In this document: in pieces, positions 25,201 to 36,304 of the stretch
How positions within the stretch are numbered: position 1 is the stretch's first letter
How the letters are laid out: every line of letters begins with the position of its first letter
From: Mytilus edulis
Taxonomy: Eukaryota
Reading direction: 5' to 3'
Length of the DNA stretch: 64,000 nucleotides
Assembly (NCBI RefSeq): GCF_963676685.1
Contig: NC_092346.1
Coordinates: 2,232,001-2,296,000, forward strand
The notes under the pieces: model-generated
Database searches by the model: none
Seen by the model: the letters and a program-made list of their open reading frames with translations, nothing else
Told to the model about the DNA's origin: nothing
Program-made: the position numbers and the translations under genes

Positions 25201-28200
25201 GGTCACATTTTGATACTGTGGATTCATTCATTTTTGTGGGTACCAATTTTCATTGATAAAGGAAAACTTGTAAGTTCCTGGATATTTAATTTCGTGGTTT
25301 TGCTGAGGTCTGCATACAAGAGGGGGGTAGGAGGGGGTCCTGATCCCGAATCGCTGGCTTAAAAAAAACAAAATCCTGAGGTCCCGAAATTTGAAAAAAA
25401 GAATTCCCAGATCCGGAAAGGGTCAATCCCGAAATCCCGAGCTTAAAAACACCCAATCCCGGAGTCCTGATAAAGGTCCTATCTCTCCTCATACAAGCCT
25501 GTCATTTGATGAACATTTAATTTTGTGGTTTACCTGTACCCATGAAATCAATGAAAATTGGTACCCAACAAACAATAATGAATCAACAGTATACTGACAG
25601 AAACAATGACAAAGTCAACACCAACAATGACAAAGTCAACAGAAACAATGACAAAGTCAACAGAAACAATGACAAAGTCAACAGAAACAATGACAAAGTC
25701 AACACTAACAATGACAAAGTCAACACTAACAATGACAAAGTCAACACCAACAATGACAAAGTCAACACCAACAATGTTTTGAGTATTTCAAAAATTGTAA
25801 TCTATGGTTTTGCATAATAATCAATAACAAGAGGCTCTCAAGAGCCTGAATCGCTCACCTTAATTCTTTTGGTTAAATCTCTCATCAATGATTATTTTGG
25901 CTTTTCAATTTATTTAAATGTTTTTTGGATCGTCCTATTTTCTTCAAAAGCCAAAAAAAATAATCATTTTCTCCTATGTTCTATTTTAGCCATGTTTCTT
26001 GACATACAAGGAAATAAAATATAAAATTTATACTAGATACTCTGAAACTCATTTAGCCTAAGTTTGGCTGAAATTGATACAGCAGTTTCAAAGGAGAAGA
26101 TTTTTTAAAGTAAGTCAACATGATGAACAAATTGTGAAAAAAGTCTTTAAAGGGCAATAACTCCTTAAGGGGTCAATTGACAATTTTGGTCAAATTGACT
26201 TAATTGAAGATCTTACTTTGCTGAACATTTTTGCTGTTTACAGTTTATTTCTATCTATAATTATATTCAAGACAATAAACAAAAACAGCAAAATTTCCTT
26301 AAAATTATCAATTCAGGGGCAGAAACCCAACAACAGGTTGTCTGATTCATCTGAAAATTTCAGGGCAGATAGATCTTGACCTGATAAACAATATTACCCA
26401 ACGTCAGATTTGCTCTAAATGCTTTGGTTTTTGAGTTATAAGCCAAAAACTGCATTTGACCCCTATGTTCTATTTTTAGCAATGGCGACCATGTTTGTTG
26501 ATAGATCATAACTTCAGATACAAATTACAAACTAGACACCATAAGGAACATTCAGTTAAAGTTTGGAAGTATTTGGCCCAGTAGTTTCAGAGGAGAAGAT
26601 TTTTGTAAAAGATTACTAAGATTTACGAAAAATGGTTAAAAATTGACTATAAAGGGCAATAACTCCTAAAGGGGTCAACTGACCATTTCCGTCATGTTGA
26701 CTTATTTGTAAATCTTACTTTGCTGAACATTATTGCTGTTTACAGTTTATCTCTATCTATAATAATATTCAAGATAATAACCAAAAACAGCAAAATTTCT
26801 TTAAAATTACCAATTCAGGGGCAGTGACCCAACAACAGGTTGTCTGATTCATCTGAAAATTTCAGGGCAGATAGATCTTGACCTGATAAACAATATTATC
26901 CATGTCAGATTTGCTCTAAATGCTTTGGTTTTTGAGTTATAAGCCAAAAACTGCATTTGACCCCTATGTTCTATTTTTAGCAATGGCGACCATGTTTGTT
27001 GATAGATCACAACTTCGGATACAATTTACAAACTAGATACCCTAAGGAACATATAGTTAAAGTTTGGAAGTATTTGGCCCAGTAGTTTCAGAGGAGAAGA
27101 TTTTTGTAAAAGATTACTAAGATTTACGAAAAATGGTTAAAAATTGACTATAAAGGGCAATAACTCCTAAAGGGGTCAACTGACCATTTCTGTCATGTTG
27201 ACTTATTTGTAAATCTTACTTTGCTGAACATTATTACTGTTTACAGTTTATCTCTATCTATAATAATATTCAAGATAATAACCAAAAACAGCAAAATTTC
27301 CTTAAAATTACCAATTCAGGGGCAGCAACCCAACAACGGCTTGTCTGATTCATCTGAAAATTTCAGGGCAGATAGATCTTGACCTGATAAACAATATTAC
27401 CCAACATCAGATTTGCTCTAAATGCTTTGGTTTTTGAGTTATAAGCCAAAAACTGCATTTGACCCCTATGTTCTATTTTTAGCAATGGCGACCATGTTTG
27501 TTGATAGATCAAAACTTCGGATACAATTTATAAATTAGATACCCTAAGGAACATTCAGTTAAAGTTTGAAAGTATTTGGCCAAGTAGTTTCAGAGGAGAA
27601 GATTCTTGAAATAGTTTACGACGACAGACGACGACAGACGACAGACGACGACAGACGACGGACGACAGACGACGGACGACGACGGACGCCAAGTGATGGC
27701 ATAAGCTCACTTGTCCCTTCGGGACAGGTGAGCTAAAAACGTATCAAAATACATTTCATAGTACATGTATAAACATAAAACTTGAAGAATAAATACCTAT
27801 GATCAAACATTGTCAAACAGTCACTTATTAAACATTTCAAAACTGTGTACTGTTGGAGGAACTATTTTTACAGTGCATAATAATTATAAACAAAAAAAAT
27901 AAGTTGATTTAATCAAAACTAAAAGTTTTAAATATTTCCATCATAAATTTCCACCTGGATAAATTACCACCTGGATGATATCAACCTGTAATAATTACCA
28001 CCTGGATGATTTCAACCTGTAACAATATCCACCTGGATGATATCAACCTGTAATAATTACCACCTGGATGATATCAACCTGTAACAATATCCACCTGGAT
28101 GATATCAACCTGTAATAATTACCACCTGGATGATATCAACCTGTAACAATATCCACCTGGATGATATCAACCTGTAATAATTACCACCTGGATGATATCA

Positions 28201-31200
28201 ACCTGTAACAATATCCACCTGGATGATATCAACCTGTAATAATTACCACCTGGATGATATCAACCTATATTATTAATTCGTACATTTTAACAAATTTGAT
28301 TCGTTTAGGGATAGTCACATGTTAAACTATATTTTCGAAGGTAGAGAGAAAACGGCGGATAGCAAAAAGCATATTGACCAGCAAAAAGCATATTGCATGG
28401 TAATTTTCAGAATATCTAAAAACCGATTTACTTTGTGACGTCATGTAATGAATTTCAGGATATTGTTTAACGTTTTGAAACAAATGATATCTGTGATCGA
28501 TTATTTGACGAAAAAAATCTTCAAATACATAAGATGTCCAAAAAAATAGTAAATGAAATAACAACTAATATGTTGATATTGTCAAGGGGACAATGTAATA
28601 TCTATAAAGTTCCAACAAACCTAAATGACGATTTTGATACAAACATGGTCGGAAATTAATAATATATCAAATATAGCCTTTGTATGAGGTCAATACAGGA
28701 TATATCGACCCAAAGAAGTATATCGACCTCGGACTTCGTCCTCAGTCAATATACTTCTTTAAGGTCAATATATCCTTGTATCGACCTCATACAAAGGCTA
28801 TATTTGTATAGTAACAATATCCACCTGAATGATATCAACCTGTAATAATTACCACCTGGATGAATCAACCTGTAATAATTACCACCTGGATGATATCAAC
28901 CTGTAATAATTACACTTTAATACAAACCATGTACTGGAATAGAAGAAGTTCTGTCTGTCAATTCCCACAACCTTGTACTAGCACCCAGCCCCTTCATCAT
29001 CTCAGAGTAAAATGATGTCATACCTGGGAAAAAGAAGAAAAATCAATTTTCTTACAGAAAATAAACTAGCAAAAAGATAAATCACAAAAATACTGAACTC
29101 ATATGAAAATATGAAATAGAATGTCTCTAATCAAATGGCAAAATCAAAACCTCAAACACATCAAACAAATGCATAACAACTGTCATATTCCTGACTTGGT
29201 ACAGGTATTTTTATATGTAGAACATACTTGAAACCTTCCAGTTCAATTGAGTTTACCCATTGTTTCTGCTTAGTTCAGTGGTTCTTGTTGGTTCATGTCA
29301 CATATTTGTTTTGTTCTAAATTATGCCTTTTTATAGCAAACCATGAGGCATGGGTTTTCTCATTGTTGAAGGCTGTACAGTTTCCAATAATTGTTTACAC
29401 CGACTGAGATCTAATACTTACCACCTAGAGAAACACCAATGTAGGCAGCATACAACAAGAATGCAGAGAGATCACCAACTGAGATTTGAGATTCTGTCAT
29501 CATTGTTCCTCCATAATAAAATACAGAGAGAACTACACAGTTACCTGCCAAACCAACCTGAAAAATATCAACACAAAAAATTATATGTTTTATCTAATAA
29601 TGTCTGTATTTTACAAAAAAAAACAGAATTTTGTGTTCGATTTCTTTATTTTCAACTTTGTCACATAAGGGGAGATAACTCAGATATTAGGGTAGGTAAC
29701 TCTGATACAATTTATTTTAATTTAAAGAATGTGTTGTGAATGTACCTATTTTAATATATAGCAAGCAAATGAGTTCAGTGTGGGTGGTCCCATTTTTATT
29801 TTTCTTATTTGACAGCATATTATTATAGCTATCTTTTCATATTTTATCTATAATTCTATGGCTTATTTTCCACACAAAATTGGGGTTTCTATGCATAATC
29901 TATTCAAAATCTGACAATCTTTCACAATATTTTAGCATGAAAAAAGCCTGGAGAACCATACTTTTTATTATATTTTGGAAAAATGCATGATCATGATGAT
30001 TTAAGCTACATTTTGACAAATATTGAAAATTCTATGGATTTTAATCTAAACCCCCATCTAACTTTAAACCTGCTTAAGAACAAGATAGGAAAAGCAAATA
30101 GATCTTTATAAATAACAGCTCTCAAACTCCTTTAATTGAACCTGTTATAATACTTTTGTAGCCTGCAAACTAAGAATCTACTGGGCCTCTACTGGTACTT
30201 ACTGAACCAAAGAACATAGCCCTCATAAGAGCCTCTTTATAAGTTAAGTCAAGAACGTGTTTGATCCCTGTATTATAACGATCTTCTTCCGTAGTTTCAT
30301 GACCAAACGCTCTGACTGTTCTTATATTGCTAATCTTTTCCTCTGCTATCTGTAATTTAAAATGATATGTATTGCAATGCTGTAAAGTACAAATAGTATT
30401 AATATTCTTTTTTTAACTTTAGAAGCTATAACTTTTTTGGGGGAGAGGTGGGAGTTTGTGTTTTCATCTCTTATGCTATCTGTACTTTTCAATGTGTGAT
30501 TTGTTATTGCCCCCTTGACAGATAACATTGTATCTTCAAAATGTCTAACTCAACTGAGAACCAATTAAGGATGTTTGGTCTTTTCTATTCTTTTCTTTCC
30601 TATTACTGTGGATTCATTATTATTCTTTTGATACTAATTTTTCGGTGATTTCGTGGGTACAGGCTAAATAAAGTATTCAAACAAATTTACAAATTTTCTA
30701 TAAGGTAATATGCAGGTTTTGGCAAAACTGAGCATCAAATAATTAACATTGAATTCACATTACAAAAGTTTTATCATCCTCATACCTGTGTTGTGTTTGC
30801 TAGTGAATCCTGAACATCTTTTGTGATGGCACGTAAAAATCGTCCATAATATCGAGCCATAATGGATACTGGTGGTACTATCAACAAAGCTATACCTGTC
30901 AACTTAGGGGACACATACATCTGAAAAATAAAAATGATAGAACTTATATATTTCAAATTTAAATATGAGAGGCTCAGTAAAACCTGCTTTTCAGCGAAAA
31001 AGCAGTTTTGTAAGGTCAACATAGCTTGTCTTGTTGTGATCTGATGTAGAATTGCTTATGTATTTTTTTTTACCTCAATTCAAAGGTCACCTTTCTTATA
31101 CATGTTATAAGGCCAGTTTTCTCTTGTCCCAAGTGTGACCTTTACATGTATACATAGGTTTGACTGTAAGTGTAAAATATTTGATAAAGGCAAAATTCTT

Positions 31201-34200
31201 GATTTTGTTTTGCCTGTTTTTTATCTTATCTTTATTTTTGGGCAGTTTTTCTTAATCAATTTAAACCCATAAAATCTCTAGTCTAAAAGCCCAACCGTAC
31301 GTTCATAAAAGCTTAAACAAATTCAAAGACGCCAGGAAACATAAAATTTGGCCGAATCAGAAGTCTAATAAAGATATAAATCCAGTAGCCATGGTAGCTG
31401 TTTGAAAATCCTCTGTATTTTTATTGACCTAAAATATAATTTAGACATGTTAAATTACTGTTAACATGGTAAACCTACCATCATACCAACTCCACCTGTG
31501 GCTTGTGCGACAGCTCGAAGTCCGTCAGATATGTTTTGAGTAACAGACTGGCCTACAAGAGTTGTGTCTGCAGATAATCTATTCACTAACTCGCCAGTCT
31601 TTGTTTTATCAAAGAACCCCATTTCTTGACGCATTATTGATGAAAAAAGTGTTTGTCGAAGTCTATTAATAATTCTATTTCCTGAAATCAGATATAACAT
31701 CAAAACATGAGTCAGAAGTACATCTATTCTGACAAAATTAAAACATAAAGTAAAACAGGGGATTTGCCAACTACTTAAAAATCTGTTGGAGAGTTATTTC
31801 TTTGGCATTCCTACCACATCTCCTTATTTTAAATAAATTCTGAAATGACTCTTAGCACTCTCAAAAAACTCTCTTTGTATTCTTATCTATATACTGTGAA
31901 TTCATTTATTTTCATGGGTATCAATTTTCATCGATTGAGGAAAACTTGCATTTACGGGGATATTTGATTACGTGGTTTTGCCAACTTCTGCATACAAAGA
32001 CAGTCTGACTATCAATGACTATATAAAAAACTTGTAATTCGTCAAACATTTGAATACATTGTTCACTTGTATACTTGAAAACCAACGAAAAATTGGTATC
32101 CAACGATTAATAATAATTTCCACAGTATTGTTTATAATTGAGCATCACATTATTCTCCATTCTTTTAAATCTTTATCACAATTATTTCTTTTATATTCTT
32201 AAGAAAACAGAGATTACGAGATAACAATTGAGAGCATATTATTTAGTTATATAGACTTAAAAGGAGAAAAGCAGTTGTGCCAGTGCATCCACCTAATTGC
32301 TATTTATTCCATTTCGGATAAGTTCTAAAATTACATCTTTTTCATCCAGTTGAAGCTATCTGGGACCCTGTTTAAACAATTCACCATGCATGATACTTTT
32401 TAATGAGACCTGTTTAAACTACCGTAAATACTTCAAACAAAATATTTTTTTAGTTCAATTTTAATTTCGAAAAAAGTGGATCATACTATATCAAAGTTTC
32501 TTGATGATCACTTTCTAAAGTTTTTTCTCACTCAGCTCACTACTGATGACCTCCATTTTTCGGCCGGTGACCCAAACAGGAAGTTGTATAAATGACTGTT
32601 TTTCCCGGAATGGACTAAATAGTGATAAGGTGTATTGTATTGATGGTTACTTGTAATGATTTAAATTATCTCCCTTACTCCAAGGGTCATGTAAATGCAT
32701 GATTATTGATGTTTTTCTTCCCTTATTTTTTCCTACCTCATGTTCATTTATTGATGTGTCTTCATAAATATCAATTCTATATGTTTATTGGAGCACCATA
32801 TTATTCTACAGTCTTTAATTTTTTGTATGGCCCATAATTCTCTATTCTGTTAAGTGTTCACTCCATCCAGACCCTCATAGATTCTAGCAGTTTGTGTGAG
32901 TTAATACACCTTATTGCTATTTGTCCGTCATTACTGGATATCACACAGGTTCCCGTAAAATTTTGACGCCATAAAACAAAATATCTGATGCCACAATGGA
33001 AAAGTGATTGTTGTTGACGTCAAAAGTTCAAGCGGCCTCGTCAGCAGGGATTAGCGATAAGGTGTATTATATTTACATGGTGAACATGATGAATGTGTGC
33101 ACTATTTTATTGATTTGGCATACAATAAAGTCAATCAAATTTCCAAATATTTACCTGATACTGACATTAAATAAACTCTTCCAAAGTTTGCTACGGCACC
33201 AACAATAAATACACCAACCATTATCTGACAGAAAGTAGTAAGTTTCTCTTTCATTTTTTCTTGTTCAGATGGTGAATAAATAATATCTATAACTTTTCCA
33301 ATACAAAATGGAACTGCCATGGAAACACCACTTGATATGATCAATAAAACAACAGCACCTAAAAAACAATGAAAAATGATATAAATACTGGCCAGAACAA
33401 GTGATATTATTCTTTGTGTTCTTTAGGCTTGTTTGTCTAAAAGTAAAAGAAACCAAACAATATGTTTATGATTGTAATTTGCATTTTCAAATAATTTATT
33501 TCATGTGCAGTTGGTTTTTTTTTTGGTAAAAACATTATTTGATGAGGATATATATCATGTTTATCTAATTATTGCAATTCTCTAGCAAATGAATTTATAA
33601 ATCACATACATGTAGCACCTTTGATTTTTACCAGTGGTAAGTCATATACATGTAGAACGTAAGCCATTTGGATTCCTCATTTGTTCCTCCAATTTTCCTT
33701 GCACTCTTAAACAAGTTCAAATAGATTTCTCTTTTTCAAATTTCAAAATGAATTTATAGAATAAACTTGTTTTGATCTTAATGGTCAACATTGAAGACCC
33801 ATTGGTGACCTTCTGTTGTTGTCTGCTCTATGGTCGGGTTGTTGTCGCTTTGACACATTCCCCATTTCCTTTCTCAATTAATTTTTTTAAGTGAACACAC
33901 TTATACAATGTAGTACAATTTCTTAACATTATGTGTCACTTAGTAACTTAAACAGCTGCATAAATTTACATACATGTATGTTTTATGTATTTTAACATTT
34001 TTGTTTAGGGGCCAGCTGAAGCTTGCAGGATTTTTCTGCTGTAGTGAAGACCCTTTTGTGCATGTTGTGGCCTTCGTCTGTTTTTGTGCTCTTTGTCATA
34101 TTCCCCATTTCCATTCTCAATTTTATTTAAAATGTAAATGTTTATGTGCATGATAATGATGACAGTTCTCATGTATTTTATTTTCATCTATGTGTAGAAT

Positions 34201-35788
34201 AGTCAGTTTAAACATTACTGATGAGCTGTATGTTGTACTTTTTTGTATATGAATGGGTTCTAAATAAAGATTATGATTATTTACAACATGTACAATGCAA
34301 ACTAGTCTAATCTGTTTAATAAATGTTTTATAGTACACATGTCCTTTTGTGTCGTATTGTTACACCACTGTCTCGGGTTAGGGCGAATGTTGGCATCAGA
34401 TAAAAAGTGCAAACCCGCTGCTTTTCTTAATGCAACTGTCCTAATGAAGGTAACAGATGTTCAGTGGTTGTCGTTTGTTGATGTGGTTCACCATTGTTCA
34501 TACGTGTTTCTCTTTTCTGTTTTTTTTTAACATACATGTAGATTAAACTGTTGGTTTTCCTGTTTGAATGGTTTTACACTAACCATTTTTGGGGTTTATA
34601 GCTTGTTGTTCTGTGCTGAGACTACTATAACACAATCTCTGTGTTATAGTAGTCTCAGAACTTTTCTGTGTGAGCCAATGCTACATGTTGAAGACTGTAC
34701 TTTGACTTATAATGGTTTACTTTTAAAAATTGGGACTTAGAAGGAGAGTTGTCTCATTAGCAATCATACTACATCTTCTTATAAATACTGATTAAATAAA
34801 GGTTGTTATTATTATCATTCTACAGTCAGAGCTCAGACATAAATAAGTCTGAATCTGCTTTTGACTCATAGAGGTCTAAATTTGTAAGTTTTAGGATTAG
34901 TCTCCCTTTAATGCAAGACAAAATACGACTTACATAAGTCAAATGTTGTTAAGCAAGAAATAATTGACCAGAATCAAAAAGTTGCAAATATCGACTCCTA
35001 CAAGTCGATAAGTGATCAAAATTGGTTAACTTCAAGACCCACGCATATTGATAAGGAGGTCATGCATCTAAATCAAATAATGACAACATTGAAAGACAAT
35101 GCTTTGTCTTCTAAAGAAAAATATGAATGAGAGTCTAAAAAATCGGAGATAATGTTAATTAACCTTACAATGCAACCACCTGGAACTACACTTAATGAGG
35201 AAAAACATCTGTGTTTAGCAAGGATGTTCAATTAGACAATTACATATAGATAGCTCAAGTCCTTGTGAACTCTCAGACAGGTTTTTGCTGTCATAGGTTG
35301 TGTAGTTTGGCCACCAAGTGAAATTAAGTTTTTTCATCAACATAAATAGACCTAAACAAGTCTGTCATTTTATGACTTAGATAAGTCTAAAATTGAAAAC
35401 TCATTTTATGTCAAATACATGTTTTGACTTCTTTAAGTCAAAAACAAAAATAGACTTGTTTATGTCTGAGCTCTGACTGTTCTATCCAGTATGGTGCACA
35501 TTTTGTGCCTTATATGCTATCCAGATAACACTTGCCTGACAACTTCCATCTCTCTGGTTTTGCAAGAGAAAACAATCTCCTTATTTCATATGTCTTTTTC
35601 TTTAAGTTGTCAGGTGCCTTTTTATTGGTAGCTTTGACATTAGTAAATCTTTTTAAAATATGGAAGACTTTGGGTTTATCACATTTCAACTTCAAAAATT
35701 GTCTACCAATAACTGATGACCTATGTCTGATATTATTAGAAGTCAATCTTTGACTTAGCAAGATACAATTTCTCATTAATATGGTCAT
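19229..35788 (-). CDS. ABCB10: ATP-binding cassette sub-family B member 10, mitochondrial half-transporter, ~654 aa, 13 exons
   Basis: Exons: 35788-35536, 33358-33155, 31681-31479, 30920-30786, 30349-30203, 29557-29422, 29023-28928, 25104-24898, 24041-23962, 22706-22526, 21487-21444, 20054-20020, 19472-19229 (1965 nt, all phases consistent). Basic presequence-like N-terminus; TM domain ([26 protein letters not shown]); Walker [10 protein letters not shown]; signature [14 protein letters not shown]; Walker [13 protein letters not shown]; H-loop IAHRLST. Confidence 0.95.
20070..20277. repeat. Minisatellite, 40-bp unit CACATGTACTGGTGTGTGTTATATTATATAACTCGTAATT, ~5 copies
   Basis: Directly visible tandem array beside the ABCB10 exon 12 acceptor. 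Confidence 0.9.
20627..20879. mobile_element. Short HINE/pearl-like element
   Basis: AAACAAG start, subterminal inverted repeats ATGCCCCACT / AGTGGGGCAT, ACGG/GAC microsatellite, A-run end. Confidence 0.65.
21585..22015. repeat. Minisatellite, 45-bp unit AACATCTAAAAGGTAGGATCGAAAGTATGGGGAGGGTGTTTTTGT, ~9 copies
   Basis: Tandem array that produces the spurious 15-aa-periodic ORF 21545-22021. Confidence 0.92.
23456..23773. mobile_element. MITE, PIF/Harbinger-like, rich in ATTCGAAT motifs
   Basis: TIRs TGCTGAGTTCACACGTA and reverse complement TGCCTCGTTCACACGTA. TAA/TTA flanks. Confidence 0.75.
24490..24928. repeat. 66-bp tandem repeat built from the ABCB10 exon 8 3' end plus its splice donor
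   Basis: CATACC recurs at 24695, 24761, 24827 and 24893 (period 66). The copy nearest the gene body is the real exon/intron junction. Confidence 0.9.
25216..25589. mobile_element. TA-target MITE (CTGTGGATTCATT...AATGAATCAACAG) with a nested insertion at 25321-25489
   Basis: TIRs and TA flanks are visible. The nested AGGGGGGTAGGA...TCCTATCTCTCCT is flanked by the direct repeat CATACAAG. Related copies at ~14950, ~30605 and ~31893-32125. Confidence 0.7.
25597..25775. repeat. Minisatellite, 21-bp unit AACAATGACAAAGTCAACA(GA/CC/CT), ~8 copies
   Basis: Tandem array that explains the NNDKVNT/R-repeat ORF. Confidence 0.92.
25826..27739. mobile_element. HINE/pearl-like Helentron-associated element with ~3 internal ~501-bp tandem repeats
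   Basis: Terminal palindrome GAGGCTCTCAAGAGCCT and subTIR GCTCACCT / AGGTGAGCT. AAAGGGCAATAACTCC recurs at ~26149, ~26651 and ~27152. GAC/GACA microsatellite at ~27620-27690; hairpin TGTCCC-TTC-GGGACA; A-run end. Confidence 0.85.
27950..28912. repeat. 31-bp minisatellite with alternating A/B units, interrupted by an insertion at 28267-28810
   Basis: CCACCTGGATGATATCAACCTGT followed alternately by AATAATTA or AACAATAT. The array resumes after the insertion. Confidence 0.9.
28267..28810. mobile_element. 544-bp insertion ending in a ~139-bp foldback hairpin, no obvious TSD
   Basis: Splits a repeat unit at CAACCT|GTAACAATAT. Palindrome 28668-28806 reads CAAATATAGCCTTTGTATGAGGTC...GACCTCATACAAAGGCTATATTTG. 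Confidence 0.75.
32902..33069. mobile_element. Small MITE, TIR TAATACACCTTAT(T/C)GCTA
   Basis: 18-bp inverted termini with one mismatch. Confidence 0.6.
33790..33880. repeat. Abundant dispersed repeat (GAAGACCCATTGGTG...CCCCATTTCC.TTCTCAATT)
   Basis: Related copies at ~9795-9890 (reverse), ~34045-34122, ~39955-40020 (reverse) and ~48240-48390. Confidence 0.65.
34823..35479. mobile_element. MITE, 28-bp TIR, 5-bp TSD TTCTA
   Basis: CAGTCAGAGCTCAGACATAAATAAGTCT and AGACTTGTTTATGTCTGAGCTCTGACTG. TTCTA at 34818-34822 and 35480-35484. Confidence 0.85.
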
Positions 35789-36304
35789 ATTTATTGCATC
35801 AGATCTCCAAACTCTTGGGTTTATGTGTATCCGGCTGTGTATTACGTAAGATTTTTCAATAGTCTGACAGATGGACCACTGGTTGACCGGTTATTTCATG
35901 TTTTGATATTTTTTTACAACACTTCTCTTCAATAATGTAAACAGTAGACATCTATAAACTTGATCATGATGATTGGCCTTAAACTTCTTTCCTTAAATAC
36001 AAAAATAACATGTTCCAAATGTTGACATTCATGGGCGCAGACATGTTGGATAGACATAAATTGTGTATTCTAGTCCCGTTACTTGCACGGTCATATCTTA
36101 AAATTCTAGTGATGAAATTACATTTTTTTTAAAATTTTATGAAATATCCTTCCTCATTTAATCATTTATAGTTTATCCTATTTTTCATAATTGCAATGGA
36201 TGGCAAATAAAAGTTCAAAATTTAATGATCGGAAACTTTCATTCGTAATTTAACTTATTTCACAAATTTGCTAGAGACTGAAAGCTGATAAAAATAAAAA
36301 GAAG
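35789..36304. promoter_or_regulatory. Probable bidirectional promoter and 5' UTRs shared by ABCB10 and POP5
   Basis: The divergent start codons are only 516 bp apart. Inferred from gene geometry; no transcription start data. Confidence 0.6.

Noticed and set aside
25542-25817. NNDKVNT-repeat ORF and its antisense hydrophobic ORF
   Set aside because: This is a 21-bp minisatellite with no gene context.
27950-28266. CRISPR-like appearance of the 31-45-bp arrays here and at 15660, 20070 and 54115
   Set aside because: The units are contiguous with no unique spacers, there are no cas genes, and the context is eukaryotic.
29350-29739. 129-aa plus-strand ORF
   Set aside because: It is antisense to ABCB10 exon 6 with no recognisable homology.
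35960-36050. ATGATGA C-box-like motif suggesting a C/D snoRNA
   Set aside because: No matching CTGA D box or terminal stem at a suitable distance.
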